In this document: positions 9,983 through 19,196 of the stretch, in pieces
Position numbering within the stretch: the stretch's first letter is position 1
Layout: each line of letters opens with the position of its first letter
Source: an uncultured Acidobacteriota bacterium
GTDB lineage: Bacteria; Acidobacteriota; Thermoanaerobaculia; Multivoradales; UBA5704
Direction: 5' to 3'
Length of the DNA stretch: 64,000 nt
Assembly (NCBI GenBank): GCA_963770895.1
Contig: CAVYRF010000002.1
Coordinates: forward strand, 3,200,001-3,264,000
The notes under the pieces: model-generated
What the model was told of the DNA's origin: nothing
Databases searched by the model: none
Seen by the model: only the letters and a program-made list of their open reading frames with translations
Program-made: the position numbers and the translations under genes

Positions 9983-10014
9983 ACCGGGGCGGGGCGGGGA
10001 TGGGCGGTTGAGCG

Positions 10015-10452
10015 CTACCGCGAGGTCGCGACCGGAGTGGGCCTGAGGTCGTCGAAGACGATGCCCAGGTTTTGCGCTCCGGCGTCGCGGCACATATCCA
10101 TGAACGTCGCCACCTTCTCGTAGGTCAGCTCGCCATCGGCGGCGAAAAAGATCACCTTGTTCTGGCGCCCGGTCAGCGCGGTGCGCAGGCGGCCGGGAAA
10201 GTCGGCGGTTTCGACCGGGGTCTTGTTGATGAATGCGTGGCCCTGATCGTCAAGCCGCACGATGATCTGATCGGCGTCGGGCTGCGGCGTCGCGGTGGTG
10301 ACCTTGGGCGGCACCTGCACCGGATAACCCATCTGCAGCAGCGGCACCGCCACCATGAAGATGATGAGCAGCACCAGCACCACGTCCACCAGCGGCGTGA
10401 TGTTGATGTCGCTGCGAATTCCGCCGGCTCCGCCTTGTACGTCCATTGCCAT
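10015..10452 (-). CDS. exbD: ExbD/TolR family biopolymer transport protein
   Basis: INITPLVDVVLVLLIIFMV transmembrane segment with the essential Asp. Confidence 0.92.
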   Translation of the reverse strand: MAMDVQGGAGGIRSDINITPLVDVVLVLLIIFMVAVPLLQMGYPVQVPPKVTTATPQPDADQIIVRLDDQGHAFINKTPVETADFPGRLRTALTGRQNKVIFFAADGELTYEKVATFMDMCRDAGAQNLGIVFDDLRPTPVATSR

Positions 10453-10475
10453 GGGGCACGACTCCTTTTCTGCGC

Positions 10476-10910
10476 TTATCCGGCGGCGCCCGACTTGAGC
10501 TTCTCGGTCACCAGGCCGACGCGGCTGAACCCCGCCTCGTTGATCAGCTTCATGACGTCACGCACCTTTTTGTACTTGAGGCGGCGGTCGGCCTTGAGCA
10601 CCACCGACTTGTCCGGAAACTGGTCGTGGGTGTTCTTGAGCTGTCCCGCCACCTGGTCGTCCGGCACCCAGTTCTGACTGACGAAGACGCTGCCGTCCTG
10701 CTTGACCGAGATGGTCAGCTGCTTGCTGTTCTCGGGCATCTTGTCGGGCTCGTGCGTTTCCGGCAGGGCGACGTCGATGCCCTTTTGCAGCATCGGCGTG
10801 ACCACCATGAAAATGATCAGCAGCACCAGGCACACGTCCACCAGAGGCGTCACGTTGATCTGACTCCGCACCTCCTGGACGAGCTGCGGTTTAGCGCGCC
10901 GCGGCAGCAT
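10476..10910 (-). CDS. exbD: ExbD/TolR family biopolymer transport protein (second copy)
   Basis: INVTPLVDVCLVLLIIFMV and LKADRRLKY motifs. Confidence 0.92.
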   Translation of the reverse strand: MLPRRAKPQLVQEVRSQINVTPLVDVCLVLLIIFMVVTPMLQKGIDVALPETHEPDKMPENSKQLTISVKQDGSVFVSQNWVPDDQVAGQLKNTHDQFPDKSVVLKADRRLKYKKVRDVMKLINEAGFSRVGLVTEKLKSGAAG

Positions 10911-11583
10911 TCCGGCTCCTCTGCTTCATGAAGAAGTCGACCAGCTCGGAGGAGGAGTTGGACATTTCCACCTGCAGCCGCTCCAGCTGGTTGGTGAAGT
11001 AGTTGAACACCCAGGCGGCCGGAATGGCGACGGCCAGGCCGATGGCGGTGGAAACCAACGCTTCGGCGATACCGGCGGACACCGCGCCGATGCCGCCCGA
11101 GCCGGTCAGCGCCATGCCGGTGAACGCCTTGATGATGCCGACGACGGTGCCGAACAGACCGATGAAGGGGGTCAGCGTGGCGATCGTCGCCAGGCCGCCG
11201 ATGCCGCGCTTGAAGTCCGAGGTGGTGAGCAGCGCGGCACGCTCGACGGCGCGGCCGGCGGCTTCGACGATCTCGACCTGCGACAGCGGGCTGGTGGCGC
11301 TTTCGTACTGGAAGGACTGCAATCCGGCGGCGACGACGCGGGCCAGGTGGCTCTGCGGGAACTTCATCGCCGCGTCGATGGCGGCCTGCGGCCGGTCGTG
11401 CTTGAGGTGATCGGTGGCCAGTCTGGCGAACTCAAGCGACTGCTTGCGCGCCTTGCGGAACAGCAGCCAGCGCTCGACGGACACGTACAGCGTCCAGATG
11501 GAGAGTATCGCCAGGATGACGACCACCCCTTTGTTGATGATGCTCATTTCCTGCCACACAACCGCTGGACTTAGGCCGCCCAT
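10891..11583 (-). CDS. exbB: MotA/TolQ/ExbB proton channel family protein
   Basis: LATIATLTPFIGLFGTVVGII...AGIAEALVSTAIGLAVAIPA. Confidence 0.93.
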   Translation of the reverse strand: MGGLSPAVVWQEMSIINKGVVVILAILSIWTLYVSVERWLLFRKARKQSLEFARLATDHLKHDRPQAAIDAAMKFPQSHLARVVAAGLQSFQYESATSPLSQVEIVEAAGRAVERAALLTTSDFKRGIGGLATIATLTPFIGLFGTVVGIIKAFTGMALTGSGGIGAVSAGIAEALVSTAIGLAVAIPAAWVFNYFTNQLERLQVEMSNSSSELVDFFMKQRSRNAAAAR

Positions 11584-11627
11584 TCGCTTCTCCTTGTCAT
11601 AGCGTTGAGATCAAAGGGAACCAGGCT

Positions 11628-12365
11628 TCACTGCACCTGAAAGTTGACGGTGAGCGTGTAGTAGACCTTGACCGGCTTGCCCTGCAGCGTCGCCGGCTTG
11701 AACCGCCACTTCTGGACGGCATCCAGGGCCGCGCGGTCGAGGCCCAGCGGCATCCCCTTGAGGATGTGCGCGCCGGTGACGTTACCCTGCGCGTCGATGA
11801 TCGCCTCGATGATGACGACGCCCTGGACGCGCGCCTTGCGCGCCGGCTCGGTGTAGATCGGCGGCGGCGACGAGATCTTTTCCGGCTTGGTGACGGCGCC
11901 GCCGACGCGCAGCGGAGCGTCGTCCACCGCGCCGCCGACGACACCGCCTTCGGTGCCGCCCGGCACGCCGCCGGCAACGCCGCCCGGCACGCCGCCGGGA
12001 ACGCCGCCTTCGACGCCGCCGCTATCGGGGGGCGCTTCGTCCTTGATCGGTTCGGGGAGCTTGTCCGGTACCACGACAGGCTGCACCGGCTCGGTCGGCT
12101 TGAACACCGGCACCTGCTTGACCACCGGCTTGGGCGCCGCGGGAGGAGGAGGCGGCGGTGGAGGTGGCGGTGGTGGTGGCGGCGCGGCGTTCATGAATAC
12201 CACGTTGATCGGCGGCTCTTCGACCGCCGGCACCTGCCAGTACTGCGCGAAGAGCATGCCGCCCAGCGCCGCCAGCTGCAGGATGAGCGCCGAGGTGAGG
12301 ATCCACCAACGGACGCCTCGGCTGTTCCTTTTCTTGTCCAGCGCGACCAGGGAATTCTCAAACAT
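11628..12365 (-). CDS. tonB: Energy transducer TonB
   Basis: N-terminal TM helix, polyproline tract, GGVP repeats, and TonB_C domain PIYTEPARKARVQGVV...AVQKWRFKPA. Confidence 0.92.
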   Translation of the reverse strand: MFENSLVALDKKRNSRGVRWWILTSALILQLAALGGMLFAQYWQVPAVEEPPINVVFMNAAPPPPPPPPPPPPPPAAPKPVVKQVPVFKPTEPVQPVVVPDKLPEPIKDEAPPDSGGVEGGVPGGVPGGVAGGVPGGTEGGVVGGAVDDAPLRVGGAVTKPEKISSPPPIYTEPARKARVQGVVIIEAIIDAQGNVTGAHILKGMPLGLDRAALDAVQKWRFKPATLQGKPVKVYYTLTVNFQVQ

Positions 12366-12375
12366 CGGCGGTCCC

Positions 12376-13206
12376 CTATTTGGCCTGGCCGGCGGCGGGC
12401 GCGGCTGCCTGCGCCTTTTTCCGCAGATCCAGGCCCTTCTTCAGCCAGGTCTCGGCATCGTTCACGTCGTTGGTGCGCGCGACGTCGGTGGTTTCGAGCT
12501 TCGCTTTTTCGCGCAACATCAGGCCGAGGTAGAACATCGCGTCGAAGTAGTCAGGCTTCAGCTCGACCGCCTTGCGCAGCGATCCCAGGCCCATTTCGAC
12601 CTTTGCCTGCTTGGTCGCAAAGTCGATGCTGTTGTTGTTGTAGACCTTGCCCCAAGCCGCGACCCCGATTGAATAGAGGGAGATCGGCTGTTCGGGACCA
12701 GGGGTTTCCAGCGCCAGCTTTTCGGCGTCTTCGAGGCGTCCCGCCTGGATCAGCACGTTGATCCGATATTTGTTCCACTTCGGATCGTTGGCTTCTTCGG
12801 GGTGCTGCTTTTGCAGGGTATCCACGAACGAAAGCGCCTGGGGATACTGCTTGGAATTGACCAGGATGGACATCAGGTAGTCCTGGACCTTGGCGTCGTC
12901 GGGATTGTCCTTCAGGTAGTTCTCGAATGCAGTGGAAGCGGTGTGCGCGTAATCGAGGTTCTTGGGCGTGTCGTCGCCGGGACGGTAGAGCGCCAGCGCG
13001 GTCAAGCCCACCGAGCGCCATTCGAACGTCGCCGACGGGTCCAGCTGCAGCCCTTTTTGGAACTCTTTGAGCGCTTCGCTGTATTGCTCCTGCTGGTACA
13101 GCGAATTGCCCTTCTTCATTTCGACTCGCGCTTCCAGCTTCTGGCAGCCGGACAGCAACGGCAGTACCAGGAGAGCCGGTGCGGCGAGGGCCAAGGTTCT
13201 ACGCAT
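12376..13206 (-). CDS. TPR-repeat lipoprotein
   Basis: Lipobox LSGC and TPR helices (KGNSLYQQEQYSEALKEFQKGLQLDP). First gene of the tonB-exbBDD run. Confidence 0.8.
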   Translation of the reverse strand: MRRTLALAAPALLVLPLLSGCQKLEARVEMKKGNSLYQQEQYSEALKEFQKGLQLDPSATFEWRSVGLTALALYRPGDDTPKNLDYAHTASTAFENYLKDNPDDAKVQDYLMSILVNSKQYPQALSFVDTLQKQHPEEANDPKWNKYRINVLIQAGRLEDAEKLALETPGPEQPISLYSIGVAAWGKVYNNNSIDFATKQAKVEMGLGSLRKAVELKPDYFDAMFYLGLMLREKAKLETTDVARTNDVNDAETWLKKGLDLRKKAQAAAPAAGQAK

Positions 13207-13350
13207 TCGTCACCTCTTCCCCCTTAGATGGGTGTGCCTCCGCGGCGGTTCCGCCGCTGCCCCGCGGATTGGCGGATACCACTACGTGCCGTTGCCAAAG
13301 ACAGACGACGCGCGCCTTCCCCCACCCGCTGCTCTTGAGCATGGCGCGCC

Positions 13351-13378
13351 AGTTTACCTTGGGAGGGATGCTTGTCAA
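13351..13378 (-). promoter_or_regulatory. Sigma70-type promoter for the TPR-tonB-exbBDD operon
   Basis: Minus strand reads TTGACA-16 nt-TAAACT, about 145 bp upstream of ATG 13206. Confidence 0.6.
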
Positions 13379-13798
13379 GTGGGACGATCCCCTTTCGATC
13401 CAAGGTCGTGGGCCCCTCTGGGCCGAGGCGAATGCAAAGGCCAGGCCGTGGTTCCCGAGCCCATGTCTGCGATGGGGGCCGACCTGGCGGGTAGCCGGTT
13501 CAACGGATTGAACCCAAAGTTGCACGCCGATCCATCACGCCGTAGCGATTTCTGCTCATTGCCCTCCCGGGACCAGACCCTGGATGCTAGTGGAAAACGG
13601 CGCCGTTGCCAACTGCTTTGCGCCCGAGAGGCTGTTTGAGGCACCTTGTAGGGAGAACCGGAGCGTGTCAGACTCCGCCAGCGTCAGTCCTGGAGCTGGA
13701 AGGTATGCGCGCCGGCGTCCAGGCGCACCGCGGGAGCCGCCGCGGCACGCGGGGGCGCCGCGCCCCGCGCCATGGAAATGGAATAGGGAGGTTCCCCT

Positions 13799-15613
13799 TT
13801 GCTGCGAGGCATCTTTCAACCCAAGCCGCTGCGCGCGATCCTGGCCTCGGCCGAAGCTTCCGAATCGTCGCTGAAGCGCACCCTGGGGCCGGTGCAGCTG
13901 ACGCTGCTGGGCATCGGCGCGATCATCGGCGCCGGGATCTTTTCGACCGTCGGCACCGCCGCGGCCGGCGGCGGCGATCACCTGGGAGCCGGCCCCGCCC
14001 TGATCCTTTCGTTCGTGATGACCGCCGTCACCTGCGGCTTCGCGGCGCTGTGCTACGCCGAGTTCGCGTCGATGGTGCCGATCTCGGGCTCCGCTTATAC
14101 CTACGCCTACGCCACCCTGGGCGAGCTGGTCGGCTGGATCATCGGCTGGGACCTGATCATCGAATACGCGGTCGGCAACGTCGCCGTCGCCATCTCGTGG
14201 GCGGGCTACTTCCAGGAGCTGCTGCGCGGTTTCGGCATCCGCTTCCCCGATTGGCTGGCGACCGACTACCGCACCGCCTTCGACGGCGCCCGCCAGCTGG
14301 CCGAGGCGCGCGCCGCCGGCACCGATCCGTCCACCCTGGGCGATACCGTGGCGCAGGGAGCCAACGCCCTGGCCCGGGCGCCGCACCTGTTCGGAGTGCC
14401 GGTGATCTTCAACCTGCCGGCGGTGGCGATCGTCATGCTGGTCACCTGGGTGCTGGTGATCGGCATCCGCGAAAGCGCCTGGTTCAACTCCGCGATGGTG
14501 ACGCTCAAGCTGGTGATCATCGTGTTCTTCGTCGGGCTGGGCGGCGTCTACGTCAAGCCGGCCAACTGGCACCCGTTCGCCCCCAACGGCTTTGCCGGCA
14601 TCTCGGCGGCGGCGGCGATCATCTTCTTCGCCTACATCGGCTTCGACGCCGTATCGACGGCGGCGGAGGAGACGCGCAACCCGCAGCGCGACATGCCGCT
14701 GGCGATCATCGCCAGCCTGGTGGTCTGCACGATCATTTATATAGCCGTCGCGGTGGTGCTCACCGGCATGCTGCCCTGGCGGCAGCTGGGCACCGCCGAG
14801 CCGCTGGCCACCGCTTTTTCGGCGCTGGGGATGAAGTGGCCGGCGCTGTTCATCTCGTTGGGAGCGGTGTTTGCCACCACCTCGGTGCTGGTGGTGTTCC
14901 AGCTCGGCCAGCCGCGGATCTTCTTTTCGATGGCGCGCGACGGCCTGCTGCCGAAGTGGGCGGCGAAGGTCCATCCCAAGCACCGCACCCCTTACGTCAC
15001 CACCTGGCTGAGCGGCATCCTGGTGGCGGTGTTCGCCGGCCTGCTCAACATCAACGAGGTCGTCGAGCTGACCAACATCGGCACGCTGTTCGCGTTCCTG
15101 CTGGTCTGCATCGGCATCGTCATCCTGCGCCACCGCGACCCGGATCGGCCGCGGCCCTTCCGCGTGCCGCTCGGTCCGTGGCTGCTGCCGCTGCTGGGTT
15201 CCGCCTCGTGCATCTTCCTGATGGTCTACCTGCCGCCGTCGTCGTGGTGGCGCTTCATCGGTTGGCTGGTGCTCGGGATGTCGATCTATTTCTCCTACGG
15301 CTACAACCAGAGCGTGGTCGGCCGCGAGATGGGCAGGGCGGACAGGACGCCGCCGGCGCTCAAGGCGGCGGCCATCGGCTTCCTGCTGCTCGCGCTGGCT
15401 CTGTTCACCATCCCGCACGACGCCTCGCTGCCGCGGCTGCTCGCCCTGGCGCTGCCGCCCGCCGGCGCCGCGCCGCCGGCCGATCACCTGCGCTCGCTGC
15501 TCGGCCTGCTGACCGGCGTCTGCGGACTGGTGTTGGCGGCGGCGGGGCTGATCAAGGAATGGCGGCGGGGCGAGGGTACGGCAGCACCCGCCGGTGCCGG
15601 CAGCGGCCGGTGA
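13799..15613 (+). CDS. APC-family (cationic amino acid type) permease
   Basis: LGIGAIIGAGIF, LCYAEFASMVPISGSAYTY, FFAYIGFDAVSTAAEE, RIFFSMARDGLLP. TTG start preceded by a GGAGG RBS. Confidence 0.93.
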   Translation: MLRGIFQPKPLRAILASAEASESSLKRTLGPVQLTLLGIGAIIGAGIFSTVGTAAAGGGDHLGAGPALILSFVMTAVTCGFAALCYAEFASMVPISGSAYTYAYATLGELVGWIIGWDLIIEYAVGNVAVAISWAGYFQELLRGFGIRFPDWLATDYRTAFDGARQLAEARAAGTDPSTLGDTVAQGANALARAPHLFGVPVIFNLPAVAIVMLVTWVLVIGIRESAWFNSAMVTLKLVIIVFFVGLGGVYVKPANWHPFAPNGFAGISAAAAIIFFAYIGFDAVSTAAEETRNPQRDMPLAIIASLVVCTIIYIAVAVVLTGMLPWRQLGTAEPLATAFSALGMKWPALFISLGAVFATTSVLVVFQLGQPRIFFSMARDGLLPKWAAKVHPKHRTPYVTTWLSGILVAVFAGLLNINEVVELTNIGTLFAFLLVCIGIVILRHRDPDRPRPFRVPLGPWLLPLLGSASCIFLMVYLPPSSWWRFIGWLVLGMSIYFSYGYNQSVVGREMGRADRTPPALKAAAIGFLLLALALFTIPHDASLPRLLALALPPAGAAPPADHLRSLLGLLTGVCGLVLAAAGLIKEWRRGEGTAAPAGAGSGR

Positions 15614-15731
15614 GCGCGATGCCCGCGGAGACCCGCCGGGGAGGCTCGGCGGCGCCCGCGGGTCCGCACTCCAGTGCGCGGCGGCTTCGGTGATAGGCTG
15701 ACGCCGCCCCTTCGCTCAGCGGAGCCAGCCC

Positions 15732-17270
15732 ATGAAGCCCGTGTTCGCCACCCTGCTGCTGGTCGGGGCGGCGGTGACGTCGCCCGCCGCCGCGGCGGCA
15801 GCCATGGGCGGTCGCCTGGCCCAGGCGGCCACCACCGCCGCGGCGCCGCAGCCTGACCCTGGTGCCGACGGTTGCGGCGCCGCCGCCGCGGCCCCCTGCG
15901 CGACGCCAAGCCCGGCACCCGGCAGGTCGTCCACGGCACCCGCCGCGCCGGCACCTGCCGCCGGCGACCCGCCCGCTGCTCCTGCCGCGGCCGGTATGGG
16001 CGGTTCGGGTGCTACGGGCGGCGGTGCCGGCGCCTCTGCCGGCGACCGGGTCCGCCCGCCGTCGATGCCGGCGCTGTTCGGCTCGTACGGCCGCAGCCGC
16101 GAATCCTCGGGCACGTCGTGGCAACCCGAATCGGCGCCGCGCGACGCTCTTTTCCGCAGCGACGGCGCCTGGCAGTCGGCGTTTTCCGCCATGGTGTTTG
16201 CGGCGTACGACGACCAGGAGGGGCCGCGCGGCTCCATCCGATGGTTCAGCCGCAACTGGGTCGCCGGCGATGCGGCGCGCGAGCTGGGGCCGGGACGGCT
16301 GGGGCTGCGCACCATGCTGTCGCTGGAACCCTGGACGATCGGCCGCGCCGGCTATCCCCTGGAATTGCAGACCGGCGGCACCGCCAACGGCAGGACGCCG
16401 CTGGTCGATCGGCAGGCGCCCGACGACCTGGTCGAAGAGCTGGCCGCCACCTACAGCCTGGCGATGGCGTCCGAAAGCTCGGTCTTCGTGTATGCCGGTC
16501 TGCCCGGCGAACCGGCGCTTGGGCCGCCGTTTTACATGCAGCGCTTCTCGGCCATGGACAACCCCGAGGCGCCGCTGTCGCATGAATGGATCGATTCGAC
16601 CCACACCTCCTACGGCGTCGCCACCCTGGGCTGGATCATGGGCGAGCTCAAGCTGGAGGGCTCGTCGTTTCACGGCCGGGAGCCGGACGAGCACCACGTG
16701 GATTTCGAGTCGCCCAGCCTGGACTCCTACTCCTTCCGCGCCACCCTGGAGCCCGACCCGGGATTGGCGGTGCAGGCCAGCTACGGCTACCTCACCAGCC
16801 CCGAGCAGCTGCACCCCGACGTCAACGTGGACCGCTGGACGGTCTCGGTGCTGTACAACACGCCGCTGGCGGAGGACGGAAACCTGCAGACCACCTTCGC
16901 CTGGGGCCGCAACCAGCGCCATCCGGGGCGGACCACCGACGCCTACCTGTTCGAGGGGGAGGCCGCGTTCCTCAGCCGCCACACGTTCTTCTATCGCCTG
17001 GAGCAGATCGAGAACGACGAGCTGGTGCCGGACATTTTCGGCGACCTGGTGACGTTGGGCCACGGCGGCCAGCCGCCGGTGGCGCTGGTCACCAAGGTCG
17101 GGGGTGGGTACGTGTACGACCTGCTGGTCGGCGAGTCCTACCGCGTCGGCGCCGGCTTTGACGTCAGCGTCACCCACATCGCGTCGCGCCTGGAGGTCCC
17201 CTACGGCTCCGATTGGGTCCCCGGCTGGATGCTCTTCCTGCGCTGCCGCGTCGGCGGCGCGGGTCACTAG
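15732..17270 (+). CDS. Exported protein, probable outer-membrane beta-barrel of unknown function
   Basis: Signal peptide, Ala/Pro linker, then SGTSWQP, PGEPALGPP and HEWIDSTH motifs with alternating aromatic strands. Confidence 0.7.
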   Translation: MKPVFATLLLVGAAVTSPAAAAAAMGGRLAQAATTAAAPQPDPGADGCGAAAAAPCATPSPAPGRSSTAPAAPAPAAGDPPAAPAAAGMGGSGATGGGAGASAGDRVRPPSMPALFGSYGRSRESSGTSWQPESAPRDALFRSDGAWQSAFSAMVFAAYDDQEGPRGSIRWFSRNWVAGDAARELGPGRLGLRTMLSLEPWTIGRAGYPLELQTGGTANGRTPLVDRQAPDDLVEELAATYSLAMASESSVFVYAGLPGEPALGPPFYMQRFSAMDNPEAPLSHEWIDSTHTSYGVATLGWIMGELKLEGSSFHGREPDEHHVDFESPSLDSYSFRATLEPDPGLAVQASYGYLTSPEQLHPDVNVDRWTVSVLYNTPLAEDGNLQTTFAWGRNQRHPGRTTDAYLFEGEAAFLSRHTFFYRLEQIENDELVPDIFGDLVTLGHGGQPPVALVTKVGGGYVYDLLVGESYRVGAGFDVSVTHIASRLEVPYGSDWVPGWMLFLRCRVGGAGH

Positions 17271-17297
17271 TTCCGGCTGGTACCTCCCAAATCGGAA

Positions 17298-19118
17298 GTG
17301 GAAAAGCCGGCCGCCGGCGCGGCCCCGCGGGCCGGTGGCAGGCGGATTGCTACTGGCAGGCCCATGATCGATCGGGTGGGACCCACGGAGAAGCCAGGCA
17401 AGCCGCACCCTCGCCATGCCAACAGGGCGCATGCGGCGCAAGCGACGGACGCTCCGGCCGGGGCGGCAGCGCCGGACAAGGCCGGGCCGAAGCGCCGGAA
17501 GGATGCCGCGGCGAAGCGGCGCCGCTGGACGCCGCGGGGCCGGCGGCGCCTGCTGGTGTGGCTGGGGGTGGCGCTGGTCGCCGCGGCGCTCGCCGTGGTC
17601 ACCTTCGGCTTGAGCGCGCTGGACGGTCCCTTGCGCACTCAGCTGGAGCGCAGGATGAACCAGAACCTGCACGGCTACCGGGTGTCCCTGGGACACGCGC
17701 ACGCCGCGCTGTTCGGCCTGCGGCTCAACCTGAACGACCTGGTGGTGCGGCAGGAGGCCAATCCCGAGCCGCCGGTTGCCGACCTGCCGCGCCTGCACCT
17801 GAGCGTCCAGTGGCTGTCGCTGCTGAGCTTCCACCTGGTCGGCGACGCCTTTTTTGACCGCCCGCGCATCCACGCCAACCTGCCGCAGCTCTCCAGCGAG
17901 GCGCACGACCGCATGAGCCCCAGGCAGCGCGGCTGGCAGCAGGCGCTGGAATCGATCTTCCCGCTCAAGTTCAACAGCTTCCGCGTCCGCGACGGCGCCA
18001 TCGTCTACGTGGACGAAGACGCGCAGCACCCGCTCGAGATCACCCATTGGGACCTCGAGGCCAACAACATCCGCAACATCGACTCGCGCGACCGCACCTA
18101 TCCGTCGCCGTTCCATTCCGAGGGCAAGATCTTCGACACCGGCGGCTTCATCATCGCCGGCAACGCCGACTTCCTGGCCGTCCCCTTCCCGGGCGTGCGC
18201 GGGACCTACAAGCTGGTCAGCGTGCCGCTCGACCGGCTGGCGCCGATCGGCGCGCGCACCAACCTGGAGATTCACGGCGGCCGCATCAGCACCAACGGCG
18301 AGGTGGAATATTCGCCGCGCTACCGCTCGGTGCACGTCGTCGACGTGCGCCTGGACGCGGTGCACGTCGACTACGTGCACAGCAGCGCCACGGCCCAGGC
18401 CGAAAAGCGGCGGGGCGAAGAGGTCGCGGCGGCCGCCAAAGCCGCCGCCAGCTCGCCGGTGCGCATCGCCATCGACCAGATCCACATCGTCGACGGCAAC
18501 GTCGGCTTCGTCAACCACGCCACCAACCCCTCGTATCGCGTCTTCGTCGACCAGGCCAGCCTGGTGGTCCAGAACCTGGACAACCGCCAGGCGCAGAGCG
18601 GCGCTCCGTCCGCGGCCCACCTGCGCGGGCGCTTCATGGGCACCGGCAGCGGCAAGGTGGACGCCACCTTCCGCCCGCAGTCGCCCACCGAAGACTTTGC
18701 CGCCGAGGTTGCGCTGGAGGACGCCCAGCTGACGGCGGTGAACGACGTGCTGCGCGCCTACCACATGGTGGACGTCGCCGCGGGCACCCTCTCCCTCTAC
18801 TCCCAGGTCACGGTCAAGGGCGGCAAGGTCCAGGGCTACGTCAAGCCGCTGCTGCGCGACGTGCGGGTCTACGATCCGCAGAAAGACCGCGCCAAGCCCC
18901 TGGGCACCAAGATCAAGGAGAAGGTCATGAACGTCGCCGCCAAGGTGCTGAAGAACCGCGACACCGGCGTCGTCGGCACCCGCGCCGAGCTCTCCGGCCC
19001 CGTCAACGCGCCGCACACCAGCTTGAGCCAGATCCTGGTCGGCCTGCTGCACAACGCCTTCGTCAACGCCCTGCTGCCCGGCTTCGACCAGGCCACCCGG
19101 CAGAAACACGCCGGCTAG
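17298..19118 (+). CDS. DUF748/AsmA-like membrane-anchored protein
   Basis: Single N-terminal TM followed by beta-rich repeats and GYVKPLLRDVRVYD motif. Start uncertain (GTG 17298 or a later ATG). Confidence 0.7.
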   Translation: MEKPAAGAAPRAGGRRIATGRPMIDRVGPTEKPGKPHPRHANRAHAAQATDAPAGAAAPDKAGPKRRKDAAAKRRRWTPRGRRRLLVWLGVALVAAALAVVTFGLSALDGPLRTQLERRMNQNLHGYRVSLGHAHAALFGLRLNLNDLVVRQEANPEPPVADLPRLHLSVQWLSLLSFHLVGDAFFDRPRIHANLPQLSSEAHDRMSPRQRGWQQALESIFPLKFNSFRVRDGAIVYVDEDAQHPLEITHWDLEANNIRNIDSRDRTYPSPFHSEGKIFDTGGFIIAGNADFLAVPFPGVRGTYKLVSVPLDRLAPIGARTNLEIHGGRISTNGEVEYSPRYRSVHVVDVRLDAVHVDYVHSSATAQAEKRRGEEVAAAAKAAASSPVRIAIDQIHIVDGNVGFVNHATNPSYRVFVDQASLVVQNLDNRQAQSGAPSAAHLRGRFMGTGSGKVDATFRPQSPTEDFAAEVALEDAQLTAVNDVLRAYHMVDVAAGTLSLYSQVTVKGGKVQGYVKPLLRDVRVYDPQKDRAKPLGTKIKEKVMNVAAKVLKNRDTGVVGTRAELSGPVNAPHTSLSQILVGLLHNAFVNALLPGFDQATRQKHAG

Positions 19119-19196
19119 CCGGCAGCCAACGGCTCGGCGGGCCAAGGGCGGCGCCGGGCCGCGATCCGGGCGCCGCGGACGGGACCTGGGTCGCGA

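Noticed and set aside
11930-12190. Tandem GGC/CCG repeats
   Set aside because: They encode the normal polyPro and GGVP linker of TonB and are not a CRISPR or DNA element.
13640-13700. Possible glycine riboswitch before the amino-acid permease (GGAGA followed by a hairpin)
   Set aside because: It lacks the CCGAAG and CTCTCAGG elements.
15552-19145. 1197-aa minus-strand ORF (similarly 3624-6212, 50025-52556, 52480-54564)
   Set aside because: Shadow frames opposite well-supported genes, with Arg/Gly/Ala-rich non-protein-like composition.
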